Of a DNA stretch of 64,000 nt, positions 55,504 through 63,994 are shown piece after piece. Source of the DNA: an uncultured Chloroflexia bacterium (GTDB lineage: Bacteria; Chloroflexota; Ktedonobacteria; Ktedonobacterales; Ktedonobacteraceae). The stretch lies in the NCBI GenBank assembly GCA_963731605.1, contig CAVSWA010000001.1, forward strand, positions 439,242 through 503,241. Direction: 5' to 3'. The notes under the pieces are model-generated. The model was not told the DNA's origin and did not search any database. It saw nothing but the letters and a program-made list of their open reading frames with translations. The position numbers and the translations under genes were made by a program. How positions within the stretch are numbered: the stretch's first letter is position 1; the number at the start of each line of letters is the position of its first letter.

Positions 55504-57989
55504 GCAAGCAACAATCTTTGAGCGAACCAGCGGTTCCCATCTCCCACGCGGCCTACAAGGTGATTGGCACGCCGCGTCCTAAAGTTGACGCCTATGCCAA
55601 AGTGACTGGACGCGCCCTCTACGCTGACGATATTATGTTGCCGCGCATGGCCTATGGACGCCTGTTGCGCTCTCCCCACGCGCACGCGCGCATCCTCTCT
55701 ATCGATATAAGCCGGGCGCTAGCGCTGCCGGGCGTGCTGGCGGTGATTACTGGCGAGGATTTGCCGCGCAGGTATGGTATTTTGCCTTCGAGCCAGGATG
55801 AATACGCGCTGGCGGTTGAGAAAGTGCGCTATGTTGGCGATCCGGTGGCGGCGGTCGCCGCGCTCGATCCCGATATTCTGGACGAGGCATTGAAGCTGGT
55901 ATATGTCGAGTACGAGATATTACCGGCGTTGATGAGTATCGACGAGGCGCTGGCGCACCCGGAGAATAAGATCAACGACGAGGCGCGCACCGGTAACATC
56001 CATAAGGCCGTCTCGTATGAATTTGGCGAAGTTGAGGCGGGTTTTGCTGCGGCTGATTATGTGCGCGAAGACTGGTTTTATTACGAGGGGAACAATCACG
56101 CGCCGATGGAAGAGCACGCCTGCGTCGCCAGTTGGGAACCGAATCCAGCCGATCCGGTGGGCGGCAAGCTCACCCTGTGGTCTTCGACGCAGACGCCGCA
56201 CTATGTGCATCGCGAGGTGAGCAAGGTATTGAACCTGCCGCGCTCGCACGTGCGTGTGATTGCTCCCAATGTCGGCGGCGGTTTTGGCGGGAAGAGCGAC
56301 CCGTTCTCGCACGAAATCTGCGCCTGCGAATTGTCGCGCCGCACCGCGCGTCCCGTCAAGATTACCTGCACGCGCGAGGAGGTCTTTTTGAATCACCGGG
56401 GACGCCATCCCGTCAAGATGTGGATTAAGACCGGAGTGAAGCGGGATGGCACGCTCACGGCCATGCATTTCCGCTCGTTTCTGGATGGCGGCGCGTATGG
56501 TTCGTATGGCATTGCCAGCACCTATTACACAGGCGCGTTGCAAACCGTGACGTATACGCTGCCTGCGTATAAGTTCGAGGGGATGCGCTTGTTTACCAAT
56601 AAGCCGCCCTGCGGTCCCAAACGCGGGCATGGCACCACGCAGCCGCGCTACGCTGTGGAGGCGCACCTCGACAAAATCGCGCAGGATCTCGGCATCGATC
56701 CCGTTGAACTGCGGCGGCGCAACCTGATCGAACCGTATACGCGCACAGTGAATGGCCTGCGCGTCACCAGTTGCGCGCTGAGCGAATGTCTCGATGCGGT
56801 TGTTGAACGCTCTGGCTGGTATGCATTCCATGCCATGTCGCGTAATGGGAAGAGCGCCGTGAATGGAAATGCTGCTATCCGGCGCGGTATGGGTATTGCC
56901 GCGTCGTCGTATATTTGCGGCGCGGGCAAGCCAATCTACTGGAACGACCTGCCGCATTCAGCCGTGCAGATCCGGCTTGACCGGGGCGGCGGTGTGATCG
57001 TCTATTGTGGGGCGACCGATATTGGCCAGGGATCAACTTCCGTGCTGGCCTATATTGTGGCGGAGGAGCTTGGCATAGAGCCTGAAGAAATACACCTGGA
57101 AACGGCGGATACCACGCTGACACCCGTTGATCTCGGCTCGTATTCCAGCCGCGTGACCTTTATGGCAGGCAACGCTGCTATTGCCGCGGCGCAGAAACTG
57201 AGAGGGCACCTCTTTGAAGTGGCAGCCGAGCATTTGCGCGTGCCTGGCGAGCGGCTGCAGGCTGCCGGGGGCGTGATTTATGACGAAAGCGATCCAGGGG
57301 CGACGCTGCCATTCGCGCAGGCTATTGAACTGGCGGAGGCGCGTTTTGGGGCGTTAGTCTCGACGGGTTCGTATGCCCCGCCGGATGATATTCACGGCGA
57401 TTATAAGGGTGCAGGAGTGGGACCGTCGCCAGCCTATTCTTACTCGACGTGCGTGGCCCAGGTGGCGGTGGATGTAGAGACGGGCGAGGTGGTGGTTGAA
57501 AAACTGTGGATGGCGCATGACGTGGGGCAATCCATTAACCCTCTGCTGGTGGCCGGACAGGTCGAAGGGGGCGCGTACATGGGCTATGGCGAGGCGGTAA
57601 TGGAGCAGCAGGTATTTCGTAAGGGGCGGCATAAGATTCCGTCGCTGCTGGATTATAAACTACCTACTACGCTCGATACGCCTGACATCGAAACCATCCT
57701 GATCGAGATTCCCGACCGCGAAGGGCCTTTTGGGGCCAAGGAGGCCGGACAGGGACCGCTTAATCCGGCCATTCCAGCCATTGCTAACGCTGTCTACGAC
57801 GCGATTGGCGCGCGCATTGACGAGGTTCCCATCACGCCGGATAAAGTGCTGAAGGCGTTGAAGGCTGCATCAACGACGGCTGGCGCGACGACTCGCCCGC
57901 AGATTGCGGCGGTGCAAGCGCCTTCTCCCTGGCCCACGCGCCTTATCCGGTGGAAGCCAGAAGCGACGGCACAAGGAGGGCAAGCCTGA
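55500..57989 (+). CDS. Molybdopterin-binding large subunit of a xanthine-dehydrogenase-family enzyme (HcrA-like)
   Basis: 829 aa. GRALYADDI, HAHARILSID, GGGFGGK, ATDIGQGS, GSYSSRVTFMAGNA and the C-terminal GAKEAGQGPLNPAIPAIANAV. The CODH-type AYRCSFR/AYRGAGR loop is not seen. Its start overlaps the small-subunit stop. Confidence 0.85.
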   Translation: MSKQQSLSEPAVPISHAAYKVIGTPRPKVDAYAKVTGRALYADDIMLPRMAYGRLLRSPHAHARILSIDISRALALPGVLAVITGEDLPRRYGILPSSQDEYALAVEKVRYVGDPVAAVAALDPDILDEALKLVYVEYEILPALMSIDEALAHPENKINDEARTGNIHKAVSYEFGEVEAGFAAADYVREDWFYYEGNNHAPMEEHACVASWEPNPADPVGGKLTLWSSTQTPHYVHREVSKVLNLPRSHVRVIAPNVGGGFGGKSDPFSHEICACELSRRTARPVKITCTREEVFLNHRGRHPVKMWIKTGVKRDGTLTAMHFRSFLDGGAYGSYGIASTYYTGALQTVTYTLPAYKFEGMRLFTNKPPCGPKRGHGTTQPRYAVEAHLDKIAQDLGIDPVELRRRNLIEPYTRTVNGLRVTSCALSECLDAVVERSGWYAFHAMSRNGKSAVNGNAAIRRGMGIAASSYICGAGKPIYWNDLPHSAVQIRLDRGGGVIVYCGATDIGQGSTSVLAYIVAEELGIEPEEIHLETADTTLTPVDLGSYSSRVTFMAGNAAIAAAQKLRGHLFEVAAEHLRVPGERLQAAGGVIYDESDPGATLPFAQAIELAEARFGALVSTGSYAPPDDIHGDYKGAGVGPSPAYSYSTCVAQVAVDVETGEVVVEKLWMAHDVGQSINPLLVAGQVEGGAYMGYGEAVMEQQVFRKGRHKIPSLLDYKLPTTLDTPDIETILIEIPDREGPFGAKEAGQGPLNPAIPAIANAVYDAIGARIDEVPITPDKVLKALKAASTTAGATTRPQIAAVQAPSPWPTRLIRWKPEATAQGGQA

Positions 57990-58973
57990 TGCTGCGTCTG
58001 CCGCCATTTCGCTACCTGGCCCCGCGCACGGTGGAGCAGGCTGTACATATGCTGGCCGGTGAAGGAGAAGGGGCTATGCTGGTCGCGGGCGGCACCGACC
58101 TGTACCCCAATATGAAGCGGCGGCAATTTACGCCCGTGGCGCTGATCGGGTTGCGCGGCATTGCATCCTTGCAGGGGCATTGCAGGCTCACCTGAGCAGG
58201 GGATGCGCATAGGCGCCGCTGTGACGCTTTCTACCCTGGCAGAGCATCCTGTCATACAACGCCATTATGCCGCGCTCGCTACGGCTGCCGGGGTGGTATC
58301 GACGCCTCAATTGCGCAATATGGGCACGATTGGCGGGAATGTGCTGCTGGATACGCGCTGCAACTACTACAATCAAACCGAGTTCTGGCGTCAATCCATC
58401 GGCTATTGCATGAAGAAGGATGGGGATGTGTGCCTGGTTGCGCCGGGGAGTCCGCGTTGCTGGGCTATTGCCTCGGCGGATAGTGCGCCCGTGCTGGTGA
58501 GCCTGGGGGCGCAGGTGCGTCTGGTGAGCGAGCGTGGCGAGCGCGTGCTGCCCGCGCGCGAGCTATTCCGCGATGATGGCATGAACCCCTATACGATGGA
58601 GAGGGATGAACTGCTGACAGAAATTCTCTTGCCGCCGGCAGATGGCTGGCGAAGTTCGTATATGAAGCTGAGGCGGCGCGGCTCTTTTGATTTCCCTATC
58701 CTGGGGGTAGCGGCGGCGCTGCGTTTTAACGATGATGGCACGGTGGCGAATGCGCGTTTGACGCTGGGCGCGGTAGCCTCGCACCCGGTTGAGGCAAACG
58801 AAGCTGCCGCGTTATTGCTGCGCCAGCCACTCAGCCGCGAACTGATCGACGCGGTTGCGGTAGCAGCCGCTAAACGCGCCAAACCGTTAGACAACGCGGA
58901 CCTGACCATCAATTATCGCAAACAGGTGACACCCGTTTTTGTGCGCCGCGCACTGGAACAATTGATGCCATAA
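57989..58973 (+). pseudogene. FAD-binding medium subunit (HcrB/CoxM-like) with a four-Cys insertion loop, frame-broken near the N-terminus
   Basis: The ATG at 57989 overlaps the large-subunit TGA. MLRLPPFRYLAPRTVEQA...LVAGGTDLYPNMK runs to a stop at 58193-58195. The family sequence continues in ORF 58161-58973 (IAGSPEQGMRIGAAVTL...). Reading the G4 run at 58174-58177 as G3 restores ..LQGIAGSPEQ... Confidence 0.8.
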
Positions 58974-59006
58974 AATAGAACGAGCCAGAAGGAGGCGAAA
59001 ATTTTT

Positions 59007-60278
59007 ATGTCTCAACTGGAAACTGCTGATCGCTCGCGCATAGAGGCTCACCAACTTGCGCGATTGCAGAAGGGATTAGAGCGCATTCTTCCGCACAATC
59101 GTTTTTACCAGCAGAAACTCTTACATGGTGAAGAGGCCCTTGCAATTGAGCGGCTGGAAGACCTGGCGCGTTTGCCATTTACCACGAAGCGAGAACTGGT
59201 TCAGGACCAGGAAGAGCATCCATTATTTGGCACGAATTTGACATATCCACTGAGCGAGTATGTGCGTTTCCATCAAACGTCGGGTACTTCTGGTCGTCCG
59301 CTGAACATACTTGATACGCAGGAAAGTTGGGACTGGTGGGCCGCTTGTTGGACGAGCGTCTATAGAGCAGCAGGTGTGGGCAGGGATGATATCGTGTACC
59401 TGGCCTTTGGTTTTGGGCCGTTCATCGGTTTCTGGTCGGCTTATGAGGGAGCGAAGCGGGTGGGTGCGCTGACTGTGCCAGGTGGCGGCATGGATTCGCT
59501 GCAACGGCTGCGCGCCATACAGGAAATAGGGGCGACTGCGCTAGTTTGCACGCCGAGCTACGCCTTACGATTAGCGGAGGTTGCGCGGGAACATGGGATC
59601 GACCTGCAAGAATTGAGCGTGCGCGTTACCATACACGCGGGCGAACCGGGGGCCTCTATTCCGGCCACGCGCGAGCGCATTGAGCAGGCGTGGGGCGCGA
59701 GGACTTTCGATCATACGGGCATGACGGAGATGGGCGCGTTTGGATTCGCCTGCTCCGAACAGCAAGGGGTGCATGTCAACGAAGGCGAATTTATCGCGGA
59801 GATTCTTGACCCGACGAGCGGCCAACCGGCGCTAGAAGGCCAGGCGGGCGAACTGGTATTAACCAACCTGGGCCGCTGGGGAAGTCCCGTCGTGCGCTAT
59901 CGTACCGGCGATCTTGTGCGACACGGTGGCTATTCCTGCGATTGTGGCCGCTCTTTTCTGATGCTGCCCGGCGGCGTGCTGGGGCGGGCGGACGATATGT
60001 TGATTGTGCGCGGCGTTAATGTCTACCCCTCGGCGCTGGCGAACATCCTGCATCGTTTCCCCGAAGTTACCGAGTATCGCGTGATCGTCACGAAAAATGG
60101 CTCTTTAGATGAAATTGCTTTGCAGGTGGAATGCCCGGCAGCGCTGGTTGCGAGCATTATGGAAGAAATGCACGTTGCTCTGAATTTGCGGGTTCCAATT
60201 GAAGCAGTTGAGTTGGGGACGTTGCCGCGTTTTGAGTTGAAAGCGAAGAGGGTAATCGACCGCAGGACACGCACTTGA
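59007..60278 (+). CDS. Phenylacetate-CoA ligase family (PaaK / F390-synthetase-like) aryl-acid adenylating enzyme
   Basis: 423 aa. FHQTSGTSGRPL (P-loop-like AMP motif), YRTGDLV and the overall PaaK-like length. Confidence 0.75.
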   Translation: MSQLETADRSRIEAHQLARLQKGLERILPHNRFYQQKLLHGEEALAIERLEDLARLPFTTKRELVQDQEEHPLFGTNLTYPLSEYVRFHQTSGTSGRPLNILDTQESWDWWAACWTSVYRAAGVGRDDIVYLAFGFGPFIGFWSAYEGAKRVGALTVPGGGMDSLQRLRAIQEIGATALVCTPSYALRLAEVAREHGIDLQELSVRVTIHAGEPGASIPATRERIEQAWGARTFDHTGMTEMGAFGFACSEQQGVHVNEGEFIAEILDPTSGQPALEGQAGELVLTNLGRWGSPVVRYRTGDLVRHGGYSCDCGRSFLMLPGGVLGRADDMLIVRGVNVYPSALANILHRFPEVTEYRVIVTKNGSLDEIALQVECPAALVASIMEEMHVALNLRVPIEAVELGTLPRFELKAKRVIDRRTRT

Positions 60279-60307
60279 TGTAGGCGCGTGTCTTTTATGG
60301 TAAATAC

Positions 60308-60336
60308 TTGACACCTTGATCTCAACCAATTATACT
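60308..60336 (+). promoter_or_regulatory. Near-consensus sigma-70-type promoter upstream of the MFS transporter gene
   Basis: TTGACA (60308-60313), a 17-nt spacer, then TATACT (60331-60336). This implies a leader of about 190 nt before the ATG at 60531. Confidence 0.45.
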
Positions 60337-60530
60337 GTTCACAAGAAAGAACAGCTTGTTCGATATGAAGAACTTGCTGTAGATTAGGAGGTGAAACGGG
60401 CAGCGTTCTATTCTTCTTCTTCCTGAATGGACAGGAGAAAAATTACCCCATCGTACACCAGGCATGATACGCGATTCCACCAGTATTACGGCTTTTCTTT
60501 AACGAAACAGGCGTATGAAAGGAGTATCTC

Positions 60531-62039
60531 ATGGCGTCCGAAACAGAATCTGGCGCGCGCAGCACAGGCGCAAGCGTGATTGCTCGCCAGGATCGTATCC
60601 CCATCTGGTCGCTTTCCTACTTGTTCATTGGTATCATCGGCATCGGCTTTCTCTTCACGTTCTTCGACATCTTCGACATCAACGTGTCGTTCATTCAAAC
60701 TTGCACGCAGATTGTGACAGGGTGTTTGCCTGGACCGCCTCCGGGTCTGACATCCGCACCTCCGGGATTGGTACTGGCTTCAGACAAGCTAGGCCTGGCG
60801 GTGCTGTTGAACCTGGTCGGTTATGTCATCGGGGCGCTCATCCTCAGCCCGCTCGCTGACCGCTTTGGGCGGCGAGATATCTTGCTGCTCACCCTCGTCA
60901 TTACCGGAGTTGGTTCGCTCTTTAACGCCTTTGTGCAGGACTACACCACTTTCATCATCGCCCGCGTCATCACCGGCATTGGCGTGGGTGCTGACCTGGC
61001 GCTGGTTGCCACCTATATCAACGAGGTGGCTCCAAGTAACGGGCGCGCCAAATACACCTCGCTCGTCTTTATTATGTCGTCGCTTGGCGCTTTCCTGGGC
61101 ATCTGGCTGGGTTTATGGCTGACCACTCCGGCGGCCAATTTCCCCGAAGGCTTGTCGTTTGCGCAGGCGACGGTGCAAATCGTGCATGGGCTGCCGCAGT
61201 TTGCCGGTAATGGCTGGCGCTGGATGTATGGCATCGGCGCGCTGCTGGCCCTTGTCGGTATTGTGCTGCGCTTCCGCCTGCCGGAATCACCGCGCTGGCT
61301 GATATCCCAGGGACGCATTGAGGAGGCCGACCAGATCGTGACCGACATGGAGCAGCGGGCTATGAAGAAGCTGGTCAATCTGCCGCCGGTCGGCTCGGAA
61401 CTGCATCTCCACACTACTGAGAAGCGCGCGACCTACATGGAAGTGCTGGGCAATCCCATGTACCTGCGCCGCACGCTTTTGCTATTCAGTATGTGGTTCA
61501 TCGCTTTTATTACGGTCTACACGATTGGTTCAGGATTGACGACTATCCTGGCGGGCCTGGGTTATCCGGCGCCCGAAGCGGGACTGATCGCCGCCTTCGG
61601 CACCTTTGGCTTTATCGCGGTGGCGCTGTTTGATTACGGTTTTGGCGAGGCGCTGGAGCGCAAGTACTGGTTGCCTATATCGGCGGTGCTTACCATTATC
61701 GGAGGGTTGATTATCGCGGTGAGCGGGTCGGGCAATTTCTGGGTGACGGCCATCGGATCGATTATCCTGTTCATCGGCTTCAATCTGTTTGTGCCGATGG
61801 CCTGGGCATGGTCGGCTGAGAACTATCCGACGCGGGCGCGCGCGACGGGCTTTGCGCTGGTAGATGGTATCGGGCATATCGGTGGAGGCGTGGGTATTAT
61901 CCTGATCGCGGGCAACATCTCGACGCTTGGCACTGTTGGGACTTTCCTGGTGATTGGCGGGTGCCTGGTGGTGGCCGCGATCATTGCCCAGTTTGGCACC
62001 TCGACCAAGGCGTTGCGCCTGGACGAAGTTTCACCGTAG
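60531..62039 (+). CDS. MFS transporter (metabolite/aromatic-acid:H+ symporter-like)
   Basis: 502 aa with about 12 TM segments. LSPLADRFGRRDILL (the D-R-x-G-R-R loop) and ESPRWL are present. AAGGAG precedes the ATG. Confidence 0.8.
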   Translation: MASETESGARSTGASVIARQDRIPIWSLSYLFIGIIGIGFLFTFFDIFDINVSFIQTCTQIVTGCLPGPPPGLTSAPPGLVLASDKLGLAVLLNLVGYVIGALILSPLADRFGRRDILLLTLVITGVGSLFNAFVQDYTTFIIARVITGIGVGADLALVATYINEVAPSNGRAKYTSLVFIMSSLGAFLGIWLGLWLTTPAANFPEGLSFAQATVQIVHGLPQFAGNGWRWMYGIGALLALVGIVLRFRLPESPRWLISQGRIEEADQIVTDMEQRAMKKLVNLPPVGSELHLHTTEKRATYMEVLGNPMYLRRTLLLFSMWFIAFITVYTIGSGLTTILAGLGYPAPEAGLIAAFGTFGFIAVALFDYGFGEALERKYWLPISAVLTIIGGLIIAVSGSGNFWVTAIGSIILFIGFNLFVPMAWAWSAENYPTRARATGFALVDGIGHIGGGVGIILIAGNISTLGTVGTFLVIGGCLVVAAIIAQFGTSTKALRLDEVSP

Positions 62040-62050
62040 AGGCGGTTTGC

Positions 62051-62118
62051 GCCATGTAAAGAATATGAGTGAGCGGATTTACTCGCGTAAATCCGCTCAC
62101 TCATATTCTTTACATGGC
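62051..62118. terminator. Perfect 32-bp inverted repeat with a 4-nt loop between convergent genes
   Basis: GCCATGTAAAGAATATGAGTGAGCGGATTTAC (62051-62082), loop TCGC, then GTAAATCCGCTCACTCATATTCTTTACATGGC (62087-62118). AT-rich relative to its surroundings, with no U-tract. Confidence 0.5.
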
Positions 62119-62149
62119 GTTGTTGACACTTTTAGGACGAGGGCGACCG

Positions 62150-62794
62150 CTATCTCATACGGGCAGCTTCTGGCCGACGCTGTTGCGATGTGCTCGTAAC
62201 TGGCATACCGCGCGCGGGAACGGGAGCAGGGGGTCGGGCGGGAACGTGATTGTTCTTCTGTTTGGAGAAGAACATTCTCCTGTAGAGGAGTACGCTTACC
62301 AGGGTGATGCTGACGAGGTAGATAGCCAGCGCCCAGGGGGTCTGTGTATCGCTGCCGGTGCCGATGCCATGGATGGCCGTGAGCGCGAAGATGGCTAGTG
62401 TCAATACGTGCAGTTTCCTCCACCATTTGTAGCCGATCTGTTTGCGCAGCAGGGTGCTGATGCCGATGGCGATGCCCAGGTAGAAGCCGACGATGCCGAG
62501 CGCCATCCATTCCGGGCGATAGTGGCTGGCGAGCGGGATGAGGATTTCGTTCAATCCGAAATGGGTAAATGGATCGAGAATGACGGCTAGCACATGCACG
62601 CCGAGAAAAATTGTGCTGAGCAGGGTCAGAAAGTTGTGTAGTTCGCTATTGATTATACGCGGCCAGAAGCTGGGCGATTGGATTTGCGTTGAGAGCGCGA
62701 GGCCCACGACGACTGCCAGGGTGAGTAATATATATGCGGTAAAGCCGCCCGCCCGCGCAACATCCCAGGTGACAGTTTGCCAGATGGTATTCAT
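62150..62794 (-). CDS. Ferric-reductase-like transmembrane (di-haem b, MsrQ/YedZ-like) domain protein
   Basis: 214 aa with about 6 TM segments. Conserved His residues lie in TM helices (SELHNFLTL, LGVHVLAVI, KLHVLTLAIFALTAIHG). It overlaps the apbE stop by 4 nt. Confidence 0.65.
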   Translation of the reverse strand: MNTIWQTVTWDVARAGGFTAYILLTLAVVVGLALSTQIQSPSFWPRIINSELHNFLTLLSTIFLGVHVLAVILDPFTHFGLNEILIPLASHYRPEWMALGIVGFYLGIAIGISTLLRKQIGYKWWRKLHVLTLAIFALTAIHGIGTGSDTQTPWALAIYLVSITLVSVLLYRRMFFSKQKNNHVPARPPAPVPARGMPVTSTSQQRRPEAARMR

Positions 62795-63780
62795 ATGTTT
62801 TCTTTTTCTTTCATAATATGTGTAGGCCAGGGTTCGACAGTTTCCCAGGCGCCATCTTCATGTACCAGTAGTCCGGCGATGCGGTGTTCCCGCAGAAAAT
62901 TGGCTCCCTGACGAGAACCCAGAATAAAGGCGACCTTTGCCGCTACTTCGGCCTGTTCGCAGCGGTCGGCCACGACCGTTACTGACCAGAGATCGCTCTG
63001 TGCCGGTAAGCCTGTGCGCGTGTCAAGCAGGTGGTGCCGTAGTATATTGCCTTGCCGCCAGTGACGATGAGCAACGCCGGAGGTGGCGACGGCTCCGTGA
63101 TGCAGCGGGAGCGACCAGTGGCGCTCTTGCCCTGGCACGGCGATAAGCCATGTATCATCAGCAGGAGGAAGTCCCGATACGGCCAGATCGCCTCCGGCGT
63201 TGACCATAGCCGGGCTTATGCCGTTTTGACGCAGGCGTTCGAGGGCGGTATCGACCGCCATACCTTTCGCGATCCCTCCGAAATCGAGCTTGACGCCAGT
63301 AGGGAGGGTGACTTCTCGATATATTGGGTTGACTTTGATGCCGCGCCAGCGTCCTCCCGGCTCACCAGGGATAATGGGGTCAAAATCGACTGCCGCGATA
63401 GTGTCGAAGGTGCGGTCGTAGCCGATCTTCACCAACTGGTCCAGCATGGCCGGGTCATAGACGCCTGCGGTAGCCTGGGCCGCTGTGAGGGCGGTTGCCA
63501 GGACGGTATAGAGCAGGTCGCTTACAGCAACGGGTGTGCCCGCCTGTTGGTTGAGTCGTGAAAGCTCGCTCTCCGGTATGAAACGGCTCAGGGTCTGTTC
63601 CCACTCGGCAAAAAGGTCGCGCACGATTTGTGCTCCTGCCTCTGCCTGGTCTGCGGGAAGCAGCATGGAAATGGTTGTTCCCATGGCCCTGAATTCCTCG
63701 CGGCGCATTCCGGCAGGAGTGTTATAATCAGGAGGTTCTGGTTCGGGTGACGGTTGATGATGAACTGCTGCTGGTTCCAT
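62791..63780 (-). CDS. apbE: FAD:protein FMN transferase (ApbE family)
   Basis: FRAMGTTISMLL, DLFAEWEQTLSRF, FDFGGIAKG, AMVNAGGDLAV and VATSG. A strong SD (AAGGAGG, 63796-63790) lies 9 nt upstream of the ATG at 63780. Confidence 0.8.
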   Translation of the reverse strand: MEPAAVHHQPSPEPEPPDYNTPAGMRREEFRAMGTTISMLLPADQAEAGAQIVRDLFAEWEQTLSRFIPESELSRLNQQAGTPVAVSDLLYTVLATALTAAQATAGVYDPAMLDQLVKIGYDRTFDTIAAVDFDPIIPGEPGGRWRGIKVNPIYREVTLPTGVKLDFGGIAKGMAVDTALERLRQNGISPAMVNAGGDLAVSGLPPADDTWLIAVPGQERHWSLPLHHGAVATSGVAHRHWRQGNILRHHLLDTRTGLPAQSDLWSVTVVADRCEQAEVAAKVAFILGSRQGANFLREHRIAGLLVHEDGAWETVEPWPTHIMKEKENI

Positions 63781-63994
63781 TGGTGTTTCCTCCTTGCTGA
63801 TTTAAGAAAGTATTGCTATTTTGAGAAGATGAGCTTGAAGTGTTCGTCGAGTTCGATGAAGAAGACCCGGTAGACGTAGTACCGACCTGGTGCAGGGCAA
63901 CCAGCCCGCCGAAGGCGCCGAAGCCTATAAACGAGGCAATGGCAAGTCCTCTCTTAATTTTGTTCGCCAGGTTCATCGCTTGCGCCTTTGGCAT
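63728..63994 (-). CDS. Small membrane-anchored Ser/Thr/Asn-rich protein (hypothetical)
   Basis: 88 aa. One TM helix (GLAIASFIGFGAFGGLVAL) is followed by a low-complexity S/N/T tail. It overlaps the apbE start by 53 nt. Coding status is uncertain. Confidence 0.35.
   Translation of the reverse strand: MPKAQAMNLANKIKRGLAIASFIGFGAFGGLVALHQVGTTSTGSSSSNSTNTSSSSSQNSNTFLNQQGGNTNGTSSSSSSTVTRTRTS

Noticed and set aside
63728-63800. Another frame shift that would fuse the Ser-rich membrane-anchored ORF to ApbE, giving a membrane-tethered ApbE
   Set aside because: A strong AAGGAGG Shine-Dalgarno sits 9 nt upstream of the apbE ATG at 63780, which supports an independent start. The fusion remains possible, but the sequence does not require it.
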